Source: Patescibacteria group bacterium (lineage in GTDB: Bacteria; Patescibacteriota; Minisyncoccia; Minisyncoccales; JANBVM01). From it: a stretch of 64,000 nucleotides of DNA. The stretch covers positions 74,059 through 138,058 of the forward strand of contig JANBVL010000001.1 of assembly GCA_024238995.1 (NCBI GenBank). The letters are read 5' to 3'. Below, piece after piece: positions 1 to 10,201 of the stretch. A program made the position numbers and the translations under genes. Every line of letters begins with the position of its first letter. The stretch's first letter is position 1. Below the pieces are notes generated by a model, which saw only the letters and a program-made list of their open reading frames with translations, searched no databases and was not told where the DNA came from.

Positions 1-380
1 GCAGTACCAGCGTTTTTTGCTTTTACTGTTACCGTAAATAATGTTTTATTCTCTGTCGTGCATGTTGGAATTCCAAGAGAAAAATAAAGATTGCTGCAAG
101 TTAATTTATTATCGGGTGAAGCCATTAAATCACTATTAGGAGAAACACTTTGACAGGAAAGCTTATCTAATAATAATGTTCCTTCAACCATACAAACTTT
201 TTGTCCAGCAGGATTAACCTTTACAGATATATTAAACGTGTCCCCTACTTCTTTGCTTTGACTTGTCGGTGAAACATAAATTGAAGGATTTGCCGCTTCC
301 ACTGAATTAGTAAAACCAAATCCAGCAATTAAAATTCCGACACATCCTAAAGTTAAAATTGTAATTTTATTTTTATTCAT
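1..380 (-). CDS. Secreted cohesin-like domain protein (3' end runs off window)
   Basis: Hand-translated, not in ORF track: MNKNKITILTLGCVGILIAG...AANPSIYVSPTSQSKEVGDTFNISVKVNP; signal peptide followed by the same 'LY.SP....VG.TF.VSV' start as the cohesin paralogues at 31.5-39.6 kb. Confidence 0.65.
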   Translation of the reverse strand, partial: MNKNKITILTLGCVGILIAGFGFTNSVEAANPSIYVSPTSQSKEVGDTFNISVKVNPAGQKVCMVEGTLLLDKLSCQSVSPNSDLMASPDNKLTCSNLYFSLGIPTCTTENKTLFTVTVKAKNAGT

Positions 381-385
381 ATATT

Positions 386-997
386 TTATATCGTGCTCCA
401 ATTTAACATTAAAAGCGCAAAATCATATTTATCTACTTTATTATCACTATTTAAGTCTGAATTATTTGCTCCGATTTTTCCCCAGGCAGCCATAATTAAA
501 GCAAAGTCATATTTATCTACTTCATTGTCTTTATTAACATCTCCAGCTTTATAAGTTGGTGGAGGCGTTGCTCCTCCGCCGCCGCCTCCTCCTCCACCAC
601 CACCTCCAGCAGAAGGAGTTGGAGTTTCCTCTGAAGATGAAGTAGTAATGGCCAAATCAAAGTTAACAGTAGGGATTGTATCAATATTAACAGCCGAAAG
701 CTGATTATTGTCATCAATAATTCCATTAACTTTGAACATTATAGTTTTACCTTCATTAGCTTTACCATCAGGAATTTCAATAAAATATATGCCTTCTCTT
801 ATCATAGTGGCAATAGCAACCTCCACATTGTCTATTTCTGCTGAAATTTCTGTATTAAGAGAAGCCGATTGTCCATCTATAATAACACTGCCATATACCA
901 ATAAAGGTATTGACGGTAGTGATGATATAGCCAAAAGCGTCGTAGGACAAACTAATGTAAAAATCACCAAAAATAATTGTAATTTATTAATTTTCAT
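386..997 (-). CDS. Secreted protein with Gly-rich linker and C-terminal dockerin-like domain
   Basis: Signal peptide; G13 linker; duplicated Ca-binding motifs GDVNKDNEVDKYDF / SDLNSDNKVDKYDF. Confidence 0.8.
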   Translation of the reverse strand: MKINKLQLFLVIFTLVCPTTLLAISSLPSIPLLVYGSVIIDGQSASLNTEISAEIDNVEVAIATMIREGIYFIEIPDGKANEGKTIMFKVNGIIDDNNQLSAVNIDTIPTVNFDLAITTSSSEETPTPSAGGGGGGGGGGGGATPPPTYKAGDVNKDNEVDKYDFALIMAAWGKIGANNSDLNSDNKVDKYDFALLMLNWSTI

Positions 998-1030
998 AAT
1001 TATTTCTTTTCTCTCTTGTACAATACCTCG

Positions 1031-4000
1031 TTAAGGCACTATATTGCCTATTGCGTTAGCATAAAGCCAATAACCAGAACCTGGGTTCATATTATTGTCT
1101 ATACCTGAGACTGGATGGGCTACTGTAGAATAATTCCCATCATAACCATATACTGTTATATAACTTATTCCTGAAAGATAGGTTGAACTCTTTACTGAAT
1201 CTACTGACTTAAATCCTATTAAATTCCATCCTGAAATTACAGGATAAGTAGGTAGGGTTTCTTCTGGTCCTGGCATTTCCACACCATTAACAGTTAAAAT
1301 ATCATCATCATCTTTCATAAATATCCAATAACCTTTTCCATCTTCCATTGTGATTAAATCGCCACCGATACCAGGAATATAACTTAACCAATCTTCAATT
1401 GAAGGATCATAATATTTCACTGTATCTATGTTAGTGCTTATATCAGCTAAAACATCTTCAATAACAGAGCTCTCTGGTATCAACGGCAATGAAATTAAGT
1501 TCCAACCAGCAGATAAAGGAATATTATAAGTAGTTACTGGATCAGGTGTCATATCCATCATAACCTCTGTAAGGCTTACATTAATCGTTCCTTGAATTAA
1601 TCCATTGTTTGAATTATAAGAAGCAGTTACGATAGTCTGTCCTGCTTCATTTGAAGTCAATACTGCCGTAGCTCTTCCATTTATATCTGAAAGCGTAATA
1701 TTAGATAAAGTTCCAATTATAGCAGCAAAATTAACTACAGCACCTTCTACTGGAATACCATTATCTAATACTTGAGCTATTATCAATGCTTGGCTTGTGC
1801 CGTCAGCAGGTAAACTTGCTTTATTTGATGATACCGTAATGCTTGCTATAGTTGGATTTACTATAAAACTCCATATTTTTGTGGTCGAATTGCCAGCATT
1901 ATCAGCAACAGTCACAGTTGCTTCGTATGTGTTGGGATTTAATGGAATTTGAGGTGTATATGTTACGCTGGCAGTGCTTTTAGTAGCATAATCATCAGCG
2001 TATTCGTCACCGCTAAAAGTTAAACCCACACTGTTAATATTTACTCCTGATCCGTTTTCGTTAAATTGTGCACTAATTTCCGGCGTTGCGTCTGAAGTAG
2101 TATCGTGAAGTTCAGGAGTTAAATTAGTAATTTCCGGCGCGGTTGAATCAACTACAAATTCTGTAACACTTAATTCCGTACTTGCGTTTCCGGCGGAATC
2201 AGTAACTGTAATTGTGCAATCGCTATATGTGCCGTCCTCTAATTCGTTGAAAGTGATTGCATTCTCGCCTATAATTGCGCTAGCAGTCGCACTTAAACAA
2301 CTTCCTCCGTAAGTTATTGCTCCTGTTTCATCCGAACTAAATGTATAATCAGGCGTTGAGTCGTTTGTTAGGGTTGATACTGGAGTTACTTCTTGTAATT
2401 CTGGCGCGGTTGCATCTAGTTTTGCTAAATTTGTAGCGATCTTTACTGTTTCAGTATTACCAGCCGCATCAGCAGTAAAATATTTAATGCTATATTCTCC
2501 ATCTAAACTAATATCTATAATTGTTCCTTGCGCTGAATCTGTAGTCGGATTATTACCATCAGTTGTGTAATAAGTTTTTATCGGAGATAACTCATCGTTT
2601 GTTACGGTTAAAATAATGTCAAATGTGGCTGTCTGCCATTCTAAAGGAGTATTATCAGAAGTTGAAGGAGTTGTTTTGTCTAACAATACTGTCACAGAAT
2701 TTATTTCTTCGTTGTTCCCAGCATTATCTGTAGAATAATATCTGACATAATTAGTGCCTTCGGTGGTAACTAAAACTTCTGTTCCTGCTGTGTTCGGCGT
2801 ACAAGCGTTCGCCTGATCAACACAGTAATAGACTGTAGCCACGCCGCTAGTATCGTCATTAGCAGTTAAAGTAAATATCACATTCGTATTCTGCCAATCT
2901 GTCGAAGCATCATCAGTGGTCGCTGGAGCAGTTTTATCTAACTGTAGAGTATCAGATGCTGTTTTAATCTCCTCTAAATTGCCGGCGTTATCTTCACCTC
3001 TGTATTTAATTGCATACTTTCCATCGGTTGAGACAGTGAATTGCCAATTACTATCTTCGTCAACAAAAGATGAGGCGGTTGTTGGGTTTGTGGTATCAAT
3101 TGTGTAATAAACTTTTAAGCAACCTGAATTACCGCCTGCTGTATCATCACAACTCAAAGTTACAGTGACATCAACTGCTTGCCAACTAGCCGGTACATTG
3201 TCTATTGTTGCCGGCGCTTTTTTATCTATTTTAACTGTTCTTGAAACTGTTTCCTGAACATTTCCAGCATTATCTGTAGAAGCATATCTAAGATAAGTTA
3301 TGCCTTCGTCACTAATTATAACGGGATTAACATAATCAGTTGCGGGATCGCAATTATTATTCGTATCAGTGCAATATTTGGTTGTTGTTACTCCTGACAT
3401 TGCGTCAGTTGGAGTTAAGGTAATAGTTTGATCTTCACTCTGCCAAATATTATCTTTAGCAACGTAATTATCTGATGTTGTTGGCACAATTGTATCTTTA
3501 ACCACTGTATCAGTAACAGCATCGCCTTGATTGTCAACTTGGTCGGTTAAATAAACAGTTAAAGTTAATGTGCCGTCATTTAAACCAGTAACATTAATAT
3601 TTATAATTTGTTGATTAGTAGCTGTAATTGTTCCAGTGCTTGTTATAGTCGTGCCTCCTACCGAACTCTCTATTGAATAATTATAGCTTGCATTTTCTTC
3701 AGCGCCAGTAAAAATAAAGGAAAGTGCGGTTTGGTTGCTGTTGTTAATGTAAGATTGGTCAATGGCAACAGTATATCCCGTTGGCGCGACTCCATCGGTA
3801 ATATCCAAATTTGTTGATCCAACGGCAGAAACAACACCTTTGGTGAAATCGTACATTTTGAAACTTATAATGTAATTTGCTTGTTTGCCAATTTTGGCAT
3901 TAAAAGTTGTTGATAAACCATTAGCGCTTTCATAATCGGATTCATTAACGCCGATTAGAAATCCACCTTCTGGTCCCCAAGCTAAAACTAAATCACCTGC

Positions 4001-7000
4001 GCCAGCACTTACATAACTACGCTCTGTTGCATCAGTTACCTCTGCCGGAATATTATCACCTGAAAAAATTATTTCATTAACGGCTAATCCTGGAATTACT
4101 CCATAAAATCTTACTAAATTATCTTTTTCCGTATCCTTTACATTTCCTTGCGTTGTCACAGTTAATGAAAATTCTGCATTCTGTTTGGCAGTAGCGCCCT
4201 CAGAAGTCATTTGAAGGTTTGTGGCGTCATCAAGAATTGTTAACTGCATTTTTTCGTTGTCACCGTTTATTTTCTTTTTATCGTCAATATCATAAAACAC
4301 AAATTTAATATCATAGACGCCAACTTCGGAAATTTTGGCCTTAAAAGTTGTGGTTAAACCAACATCACTTTCATAGGCAGTTTCAGCGTCACCGATTAGA
4401 AATCCACCTTCTGGTCCCCAAGCTAAAACTAAATCATCTGCGCCAGCGCTTACATAACTACGCTCTGTTGCATCAGTTACCTCTGCCGGAATATTATCAC
4501 CCAAAAAAGTTATTTGACCAATGTCTAATCCCGGAATCACGCCATAAAATCTTACTAAATGATCATTTTGGCTGTCGCGAACATTGCCTTTGGAATTTAT
4601 TTCAACGATGAACTCCAAATCCTGCTTTCGGCTAACATCACTGGCTGTCATATGAATTAAAGTCGGAAACACAACATTGACTTTTCTGGTTACTTCTGTT
4701 GCATTATTGCCAGCTGAATCTTTAATATTATAAGTTATGGTATAAGTACCCACCATACTTGTGTCTACTGGATTGACTATAATAATGTTTGCTGTGATGT
4801 TTCCATCTGTATTATCTTCTGCTGTTGCTCCTGCGTCTGTATAAGTCTCCCCTGTTTCAATTTCCACTGAAATATTTCCTGATAATGTTATCACTGGCGC
4901 GATATTATCAATAATAAATGTATTATTAGTTGCCGTTTCGTTTGGATTACCCGCTATATCTGTACCTAAAATCATTACTGTCGCATTTCCGTCGCTTCCG
5001 GCTGGAACATCATATTGGTGAGTCCATACCATTCCACTACCAGACATTGCTGTCTCGATTAAATCTGTATCAGTTGTATCAATAGCGATTGTCGGCGCAC
5101 TAACCATTGGTTCGTTAAAAGTTGCTGTAATTTCTATGGTGTCATCATCTCTTACGGGCCTATTAGGATTATAAGTTAACGCAACCGTTGGTGCGATATT
5201 GTCAATTATATAAGAAGTTTTACCAGTGGCTGTATCATTTGGATTACCAGCCACATCAATAGCAGTGATAGAAATATCAACATCAACATCATTACTAGAT
5301 GGGACATCCCAAGTATATGTCCATACTAAATTATTTGTCTCTGTCATAGCGGCACCTGTCACAATACTGCCAATAGTAATGGCTGGCATTGGGGTTTCAT
5401 CAATATTATTTGCTTCAGTAAAGGTAGCCGTAATTCTCACTATATTAGCATCTCTAACGATGTTGTCAGGGTGGTCATCTGATAAAATGACGGTTGGATT
5501 TTTAGTGTCAATATCAAAAGCGTTTGATAAATTGCCATCCACCTGTATATTTCCCGCTACATCTGTTGCTCCGCTTACGCTTACATTAATATAGTTCATT
5601 TCTACGCCTGCATCAGCCATATTATAAGTAGCTGTATAAGTCTTATTTGAGTTTGACCATAAGTTACTTACTAATGTTAAAGTAGATTCAATTATTGGAT
5701 CAAAAACAATTATTGGAACTGAATCTGAATTCATTGTTTCGTTGTAACCAATAGCAACTGTGAATACTGTAGATATTGTAGTGTCATCAGTAATTAAATT
5801 TATGCTTGGAGTTATTGTAGTTACTATTGGATCAACTGTATCAACCTTAAAATTTCCTGCCTCATTATCAACAACCATTACATTGCCTGCAACATCTTTT
5901 GCGCCTGTTACAGAAATTGTCACAGTTTCTTCTTTATTGTTATCCGAAAGAGTAAAAGTCTCTATCCATGTAGTTCCCGATGGCCAAACACCGTCGTTTT
6001 TAGTTGTTATAGTTTCTGTTATTCCTGTAAATCCAAGAGTTGGAGTTACTGCATCCATTATTTCGCTAAATAAAACGGTTATGACCACATCTCCTGCTTT
6101 GGCAGGATTAGGATTCGCTATTGCACTGACAATAATTGGATTTAATGCATCAATATCAAAAGCGTTTGATAAATTGCCATCCACCTGTATATTTCCCGCC
6201 ACATCTGTTGCTCCACTAACAGAAATATCTACATCAACAACTTCTATACTTGCGTCAGTTACATCATAAGTAAATTCATAAATATTTGAATTTAACCAGC
6301 TTCCACCGTTATTAAATGATAAGGTAGATGAAACTTCTGGAGTAAAAGTAATTATTGGAACTGAAGTTTGATCCATTGCCTCGTTGTAATTAATTGTAAC
6401 TGTAAATGTGCCGAAACCTGCATCAACATCTGTGATTTGAGTTAAATTTGGAGTTATTAAAGATGTTTCTGGCTTTATACTGTCAATCCTAAAATCTACG
6501 TCACTTTCATCGCTCGCTGTATTACCTGCTAAATCCGCGACCACAATTTTTACTTTGACTGTTTCTGAATTAATAGCAGGCACTGTCCAAGAATATGGAC
6601 TGGTGTTTGCCAAACCTTCCTCAATAGTATTCCAAGTAGCTCCGTTATCAGTAGTGTAATGTAAGCTAATTGGATTATCTTCCAAGTTTGTATCATTAAT
6701 TTTTGTAGCGTCCCATGTAATATCTTTAGAAACTGCTCCTGCCCAAAATTCTCCCCCAATAGGCGAAGTAATAGCGCTAGCATCTACGGTCGGATCAATA
6801 TTATCAATTGTAAAAACTCCTGAGACATTATAAACATCTGAATCAAAAGTATCTCTTACTTTAATGTAAGCATTGCCATCTGCTACTTCTGTAGTGTCCC
6901 AAGGATATAAATAATTGCTACAAGGCACACTGTCAGCAAGTCTGTCAGAAACATTTCCAAAATTGTCAGTAGAATAATAAATATTAACTGTATCCCCTCC

Positions 7001-7198
7001 TTCACAGTTAGCGGTCCAAGTTATATTCTGTGTTTCGTTCCAATATTCCCCATTAATCGGAGAAGTAACAGTAATGCCTGTTACGGCCAAGGCATTAGAA
7101 ATAAAAAAACCGCTAACGATTAACATTGCGGCTAAAATAATAAAAGACCCCTGTTTAAGAATCTTTGGTTTGTTATTAATAAATATATTATTGGTCAT
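1031..7198 (-). CDS. Giant Ig-like repeat surface protein/adhesin (2055 aa)
   Basis: N-terminal TM/signal; many 'D.AGN' Ig repeats; DUF5011-like (YTDAGATAEDNTDG) and Big_1-like (LPADGTSQA...GRATAVLTS) segments; C-terminal GWNLISLP...GKGYWI repeats. Confidence 0.8.
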   Translation of the reverse strand: MTNNIFINNKPKILKQGSFIILAAMLIVSGFFISNALAVTGITVTSPINGEYWNETQNITWTANCEGGDTVNIYYSTDNFGNVSDRLADSVPCSNYLYPWDTTEVADGNAYIKVRDTFDSDVYNVSGVFTIDNIDPTVDASAITSPIGGEFWAGAVSKDITWDATKINDTNLEDNPISLHYTTDNGATWNTIEEGLANTSPYSWTVPAINSETVKVKIVVADLAGNTASDESDVDFRIDSIKPETSLITPNLTQITDVDAGFGTFTVTINYNEAMDQTSVPIITFTPEVSSTLSFNNGGSWLNSNIYEFTYDVTDASIEVVDVDISVSGATDVAGNIQVDGNLSNAFDIDALNPIIVSAIANPNPAKAGDVVITVLFSEIMDAVTPTLGFTGITETITTKNDGVWPSGTTWIETFTLSDNNKEETVTISVTGAKDVAGNVMVVDNEAGNFKVDTVDPIVTTITPSINLITDDTTISTVFTVAIGYNETMNSDSVPIIVFDPIIESTLTLVSNLWSNSNKTYTATYNMADAGVEMNYINVSVSGATDVAGNIQVDGNLSNAFDIDTKNPTVILSDDHPDNIVRDANIVRITATFTEANNIDETPMPAITIGSIVTGAAMTETNNLVWTYTWDVPSSNDVDVDISITAIDVAGNPNDTATGKTSYIIDNIAPTVALTYNPNRPVRDDDTIEITATFNEPMVSAPTIAIDTTDTDLIETAMSGSGMVWTHQYDVPAGSDGNATVMILGTDIAGNPNETATNNTFIIDNIAPVITLSGNISVEIETGETYTDAGATAEDNTDGNITANIIIVNPVDTSMVGTYTITYNIKDSAGNNATEVTRKVNVVFPTLIHMTASDVSRKQDLEFIVEINSKGNVRDSQNDHLVRFYGVIPGLDIGQITFLGDNIPAEVTDATERSYVSAGADDLVLAWGPEGGFLIGDAETAYESDVGLTTTFKAKISEVGVYDIKFVFYDIDDKKKINGDNEKMQLTILDDATNLQMTSEGATAKQNAEFSLTVTTQGNVKDTEKDNLVRFYGVIPGLAVNEIIFSGDNIPAEVTDATERSYVSAGAGDLVLAWGPEGGFLIGVNESDYESANGLSTTFNAKIGKQANYIISFKMYDFTKGVVSAVGSTNLDITDGVAPTGYTVAIDQSYINNSNQTALSFIFTGAEENASYNYSIESSVGGTTITSTGTITATNQQIININVTGLNDGTLTLTVYLTDQVDNQGDAVTDTVVKDTIVPTTSDNYVAKDNIWQSEDQTITLTPTDAMSGVTTTKYCTDTNNNCDPATDYVNPVIISDEGITYLRYASTDNAGNVQETVSRTVKIDKKAPATIDNVPASWQAVDVTVTLSCDDTAGGNSGCLKVYYTIDTTNPTTASSFVDEDSNWQFTVSTDGKYAIKYRGEDNAGNLEEIKTASDTLQLDKTAPATTDDASTDWQNTNVIFTLTANDDTSGVATVYYCVDQANACTPNTAGTEVLVTTEGTNYVRYYSTDNAGNNEEINSVTVLLDKTTPSTSDNTPLEWQTATFDIILTVTNDELSPIKTYYTTDGNNPTTDSAQGTIIDISLDGEYSIKYFTADAAGNTETVKIATNLAKLDATAPELQEVTPVSTLTNDSTPDYTFSSDETGAITYGGSCLSATASAIIGENAITFNELEDGTYSDCTITVTDSAGNASTELSVTEFVVDSTAPEITNLTPELHDTTSDATPEISAQFNENGSGVNINSVGLTFSGDEYADDYATKSTASVTYTPQIPLNPNTYEATVTVADNAGNSTTKIWSFIVNPTIASITVSSNKASLPADGTSQALIIAQVLDNGIPVEGAVVNFAAIIGTLSNITLSDINGRATAVLTSNEAGQTIVTASYNSNNGLIQGTINVSLTEVMMDMTPDPVTTYNIPLSAGWNLISLPLIPESSVIEDVLADISTNIDTVKYYDPSIEDWLSYIPGIGGDLITMEDGKGYWIFMKDDDDILTVNGVEMPGPEETLPTYPVISGWNLIGFKSVDSVKSSTYLSGISYITVYGYDGNYSTVAHPVSGIDNNMNPGSGYWLYANAIGNIVP

Positions 7199-7371
7199 AT
7201 TTATTTATTAACTTGATTATTAAATTTTATAATAGTAACCGACTAAGTCACTATTGCTCTTAATAAAATATTGAGCCTTTAGAAAACCCTATCACAATGC
7301 AAAGAAGGCTGTCAAGTATGCTCTTTTTTAGCTTTTATAAACCAAAATATTACGGCCAAATTAGATTTTAG

Positions 7372-7399
7372 CTAGGACATAACATATAAATTAGGAAGG
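7372..7399. repeat. Degenerate dif-like site A (ctaggacataa-catata-aattaggaagg)
   Basis: Reverse complement CCTTCCTAATT-TATATG-TTATGTCCTAG resembles the Bacillus-type dif layout ACTTCCTAGAA-TATATA-TTATGTAAACT. Confidence 0.35.
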
Positions 7400-7514
7400 T
7401 AGGACATAATATTCCATTTTTTTTAAAAATCCAATTTAAAATAAATTGAAATGAATATTTAATGAAAGAGTAACGAAAAATCTTAACTTTTCTTAACATT
7501 TTTAACAGGAAGCA

Positions 7515-7542
7515 ACGTCGTACAACATAGATTATGCGACAC
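7515..7542. repeat. dif/Xer-like site B (acgtcgtacaa-cataga-ttatgcgacac)
   Basis: 11-6-11 imperfect palindrome; right arm reversed (GTGTCGCATAA) resembles the E. coli XerC arm GGTGCGCATAA. Confidence 0.6.
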
Positions 7543-7575
7543 AAAACAGGGCTTTGAGTCCTCGCTCATAGATTG
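7526..7575 (+). repeat. 50-bp direct repeat, copy 1 (copy 2 at 10070-10119, 1 mismatch)
   Basis: catagattatgcgacacaaaacagggctttga(g/a)tcctcgctcatagattg read at both loci. Confidence 0.95.
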
Positions 7576-7584
7576 TAAGACATA

Positions 7585-7613
7585 AAATCATACAATTTAT
7601 CTTGTGAGAAGTA
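7585..7613. repeat. dif-like site C / left arm of perfect 23-bp inverted repeat (7591-7613)
   Basis: aaatcatacaa-tttatc-ttgtgagaagt; 7591-7613 is the exact reverse complement of 8378-8400. Confidence 0.85.
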
Positions 7614-7636
7614 TACAGATCTAATTGTATTTTAGG

Positions 7637-8170
7637 TTAAGCTTTCTTTGACAATTTAGAGATAATCTTTTTAGAAAGCAAATCTGCTGGTTTAGAAACT
7701 TTTTTTAATTTATTTATTGTATATCCAGTATCTCTTGTGTCTAAACTTTGCAGGTGTAGTTTATTCCTTTCGATTCTAACATAGTTTATTTGTTTAAATT
7801 CGCTGGGAGTTATAATTTTATTTCTTTTTAAATAGCGATTTAAAATTTCAAAGGTGACCCCTTTGTCGTCTATGTTTATATTTTTTTTAATTTTTTTACA
7901 TATAAAAACAGCGTCTTCCTTGAAGACATTGCGGGGAATTTGATGCAAACCTTTAAATTCATCTTTTACGCCAACTATATTTCCTGTCTTTTTACTGTAC
8001 ATCTTTACTAATTGATAAACCATTCCTTCTATTATTGTACAAATCAATACAGTTGCTGATCTAAAATAGGCGGACTTTGCTACATTACTTATTCCTTTTT
8101 TATTAGCTTGTTCGAGATAAACAGCAATAGCGGTTGCTCTCCTTTTTATATTTTGCCAGAAAGTCTTCAT
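7637..8170 (-). CDS. HEPN/DUF4145-like putative RNase toxin
   Basis: AYFRSATVLICTIIE helix plus RNKLH (RN..H) motif typical of HEPN folds. Confidence 0.55.
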   Translation of the reverse strand: MKTFWQNIKRRATAIAVYLEQANKKGISNVAKSAYFRSATVLICTIIEGMVYQLVKMYSKKTGNIVGVKDEFKGLHQIPRNVFKEDAVFICKKIKKNINIDDKGVTFEILNRYLKRNKIITPSEFKQINYVRIERNKLHLQSLDTRDTGYTINKLKKVSKPADLLSKKIISKLSKKA

Positions 8171-8352
8171 TTTTTAATGCTTTTCTCTGCACGAGATAAT
8201 GCCTTACTCAAGGAAGGAAGACCTTTTTCCTTAAGGTAGTTCCCGAGTTTTTTATCAGAACGTGCAGCAAAATCGACGCCATATTGTTTCTCAATGGTAC
8301 CTATTTTAGTATCGGCTCTTTTTCGCCTAAATTGTGATTTTTTACTAGCCAT
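8167..8352 (-). CDS. Small basic protein, candidate antitoxin/regulator of the HEPN-like gene
   Basis: 61 aa; 4-nt overlap with the HEPN-like gene; RKRADTKIGTIEKQYGVDF..RSD.KLG. Confidence 0.6.
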   Translation of the reverse strand: MASKKSQFRRKRADTKIGTIEKQYGVDFAARSDKKLGNYLKEKGLPSLSKALSRAEKSIKK

Positions 8353-8377
8353 ATGTTTTACTTTATCATAAAAATTC

Positions 8378-8406
8378 TACTTCTCACAAGATAAATTGTA
8401 CGACTT
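8378..8406. repeat. dif-like site D / right arm of 23-bp inverted repeat
   Basis: acttctcacaa-gataaa-ttgtacgactt; its right arm reversed (aagtcgtacaa) matches the left arm of site B at 10/11. Confidence 0.85.
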
Positions 8407-8450
8407 TCATTATCCTATCTTAAATATTGTTTCGGATAAAAATATGGGTT

Positions 8451-8870
8451 TTAAAAATTTTGTAGTTCTCTTAGCTCTTTTTTTCCATTTTTACTTAATA
8501 CTCCTTCTCCATATAATTTCCATAGCAAAACTTTATTCTTGAGATAGTTGTGGTGATTTTCGTTAGTTACAGAATATAATATTTCGCCGATATCTGCTTT
8601 CGGACCTATAATCTCGAAAGGCATGTCTTCTAAGTATAGGGAATCTTTTCTTCTGACTTCAAACGTATTACATTCTTTACCACCTATAACTTCTGAATGT
8701 TTTTTAATTCTATCGTTTGAATTCCAATTAAAATAAGGTAAAATTTTTATTTTTAAAACAAATTCCCTAATAATTTCTTCCTTGGAGAAATCTTCTTTAT
8801 CTATTCTTATAATTAGAGAATAAATATGCTCATCTTTATCGCGTTTTTTTGTTTTATATCCTATATACAT
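8451..8870 (-). CDS. Hypothetical protein
   Basis: 139-aa ORF with no motif recognised. Confidence 0.6.
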   Translation of the reverse strand: MYIGYKTKKRDKDEHIYSLIIRIDKEDFSKEEIIREFVLKIKILPYFNWNSNDRIKKHSEVIGGKECNTFEVRRKDSLYLEDMPFEIIGPKADIGEILYSVTNENHHNYLKNKVLLWKLYGEGVLSKNGKKELRELQNF

Positions 8871-8968
8871 AATATAATTTTATTTCTTTTAGTTAATCTC
8901 TGCTTGGGTTTTTCGGTATACACCATCAATCTCTCTTAGTCAGAATTATTCTTATTAATTAAAATGAA

Positions 8969-9871
8969 TTATTTTATTTTTTCTTGACGAACAATTTTAA
9001 ATCCTTTTTCTTGTACTTTTTTGATAAAATCATTCTTATATTCTTCTGATTTCTCGTTAACCGCTTGATTTAAAAGCAATGATCTCAATTCTGTTCCTGT
9101 ATTAGAAAATACAAGCAAGCCGAAGTCAAATTTTTTTGTCTTTTGTGGACCATCGTAAGTTATTAAAAATAAATCACCAGCAATATTTAAAGATAGAGGC
9201 TTTGAAACTAACAGATCTATGTCATATAAAAGACTAGATGATTGATTAAATATTCCTACATTTGACAAATCAAGGTAATTCATAAAATCAAGATTATACT
9301 TTTTTAATGATTCTTCAGCTGTGAAGCCTAACCTTATAACCCCTATCTTAGTAGAAATAGCAATAAATTTTAAAAAATCTTGTAAATTTTTTTGAGAAAG
9401 ATATTTAACTATCTCTAAAGTTTGATAAGAAAAGCTTCCTGGTTTTTGAATTTCGCCTGATAGGATTTTAGCTAAAACGTCTTGTAGTCTTTCTCTACTT
9501 ACATTTTGTGCCACATCTAGAAATCTCATAGTCCAATCTTTTTCAACCGGCGCTTCAGAGACGGCTTTTCCTTCTAAATCGTTTCGTGTTTTAACTATAA
9601 TATTTTCGAGATTAATTTGTTTATTATATTGTTCTAGTGCAAACCTTTTCTCTGCGCGCCCAAGTATCTTAATTGCTTTTTCTTGTCCCTCTGCTTGGGC
9701 AATAATTTTTTGTTTCTCTACTTCGGCTTCTGCTTGTCCAATCCTTTTTATTTTTTCAGTATCAAATTCAAATATACGATTACCAACAACGCCTATTCCT
9801 TCAGAGATAGTCTCAATTAATTTCTTTAATGGTTTTTCTAAACCAATAATATCTTTTATCGACGTATTCAT
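8969..9871 (-). CDS. DUF2806-family protein
   Basis: KQINLENI...DWTMRFLDVAQNVS.E.LQ..LAKILSGEIQKPGSFS..TL signature. Confidence 0.75.
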   Translation of the reverse strand: MNTSIKDIIGLEKPLKKLIETISEGIGVVGNRIFEFDTEKIKRIGQAEAEVEKQKIIAQAEGQEKAIKILGRAEKRFALEQYNKQINLENIIVKTRNDLEGKAVSEAPVEKDWTMRFLDVAQNVSRERLQDVLAKILSGEIQKPGSFSYQTLEIVKYLSQKNLQDFLKFIAISTKIGVIRLGFTAEESLKKYNLDFMNYLDLSNVGIFNQSSSLLYDIDLLVSKPLSLNIAGDLFLITYDGPQKTKKFDFGLLVFSNTGTELRSLLLNQAVNEKSEEYKNDFIKKVQEKGFKIVRQEKIK

Positions 9872-9993
9872 ATTTTTTTATATTTTAGCACTTTCAAACC
9901 ATCTTTAAAAATACAGAAATTCAATGTAATAAGCGTATGTCGATTATCGAAAAAATATAAGATTTTGGTGTAATTTTGGCGTAACTCTAATTA

Positions 9994-10147
9994 AGGTCGC
10001 ACAACATAGAAAGTCCTCATTCGTTAATGTTGGTATATTCATTTTTTTTAAGGGCTTTGATCCCTCGTCCATAGATTATGCGACACAAAACAGGGCTTTG
10101 AATCCTCGCTCATAGATTGGTCGCCAAAAATATACCTTACGCGACAT
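9994..10147. repeat. Cluster of split/hybrid dif-like sites E and F
   Basis: aggtcgcacaa-cataga-[59 bp]-cataga-ttatgcgacac, followed by gtcgccaaaaa-tatacc-ttacgcgacat (10120-10147). Confidence 0.75.
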
Positions 10148-10201
10148 TTATTTCCTCAACTTCGGGCTAAATTTTATTATTATGATTTTTGTTCCGCGAG
10201 T

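Noticed and set aside
565..610. Poly-Gly coding run as a phase-variation tract
   Set aside because: Mixed in-frame Gly codons; an ordinary flexible linker
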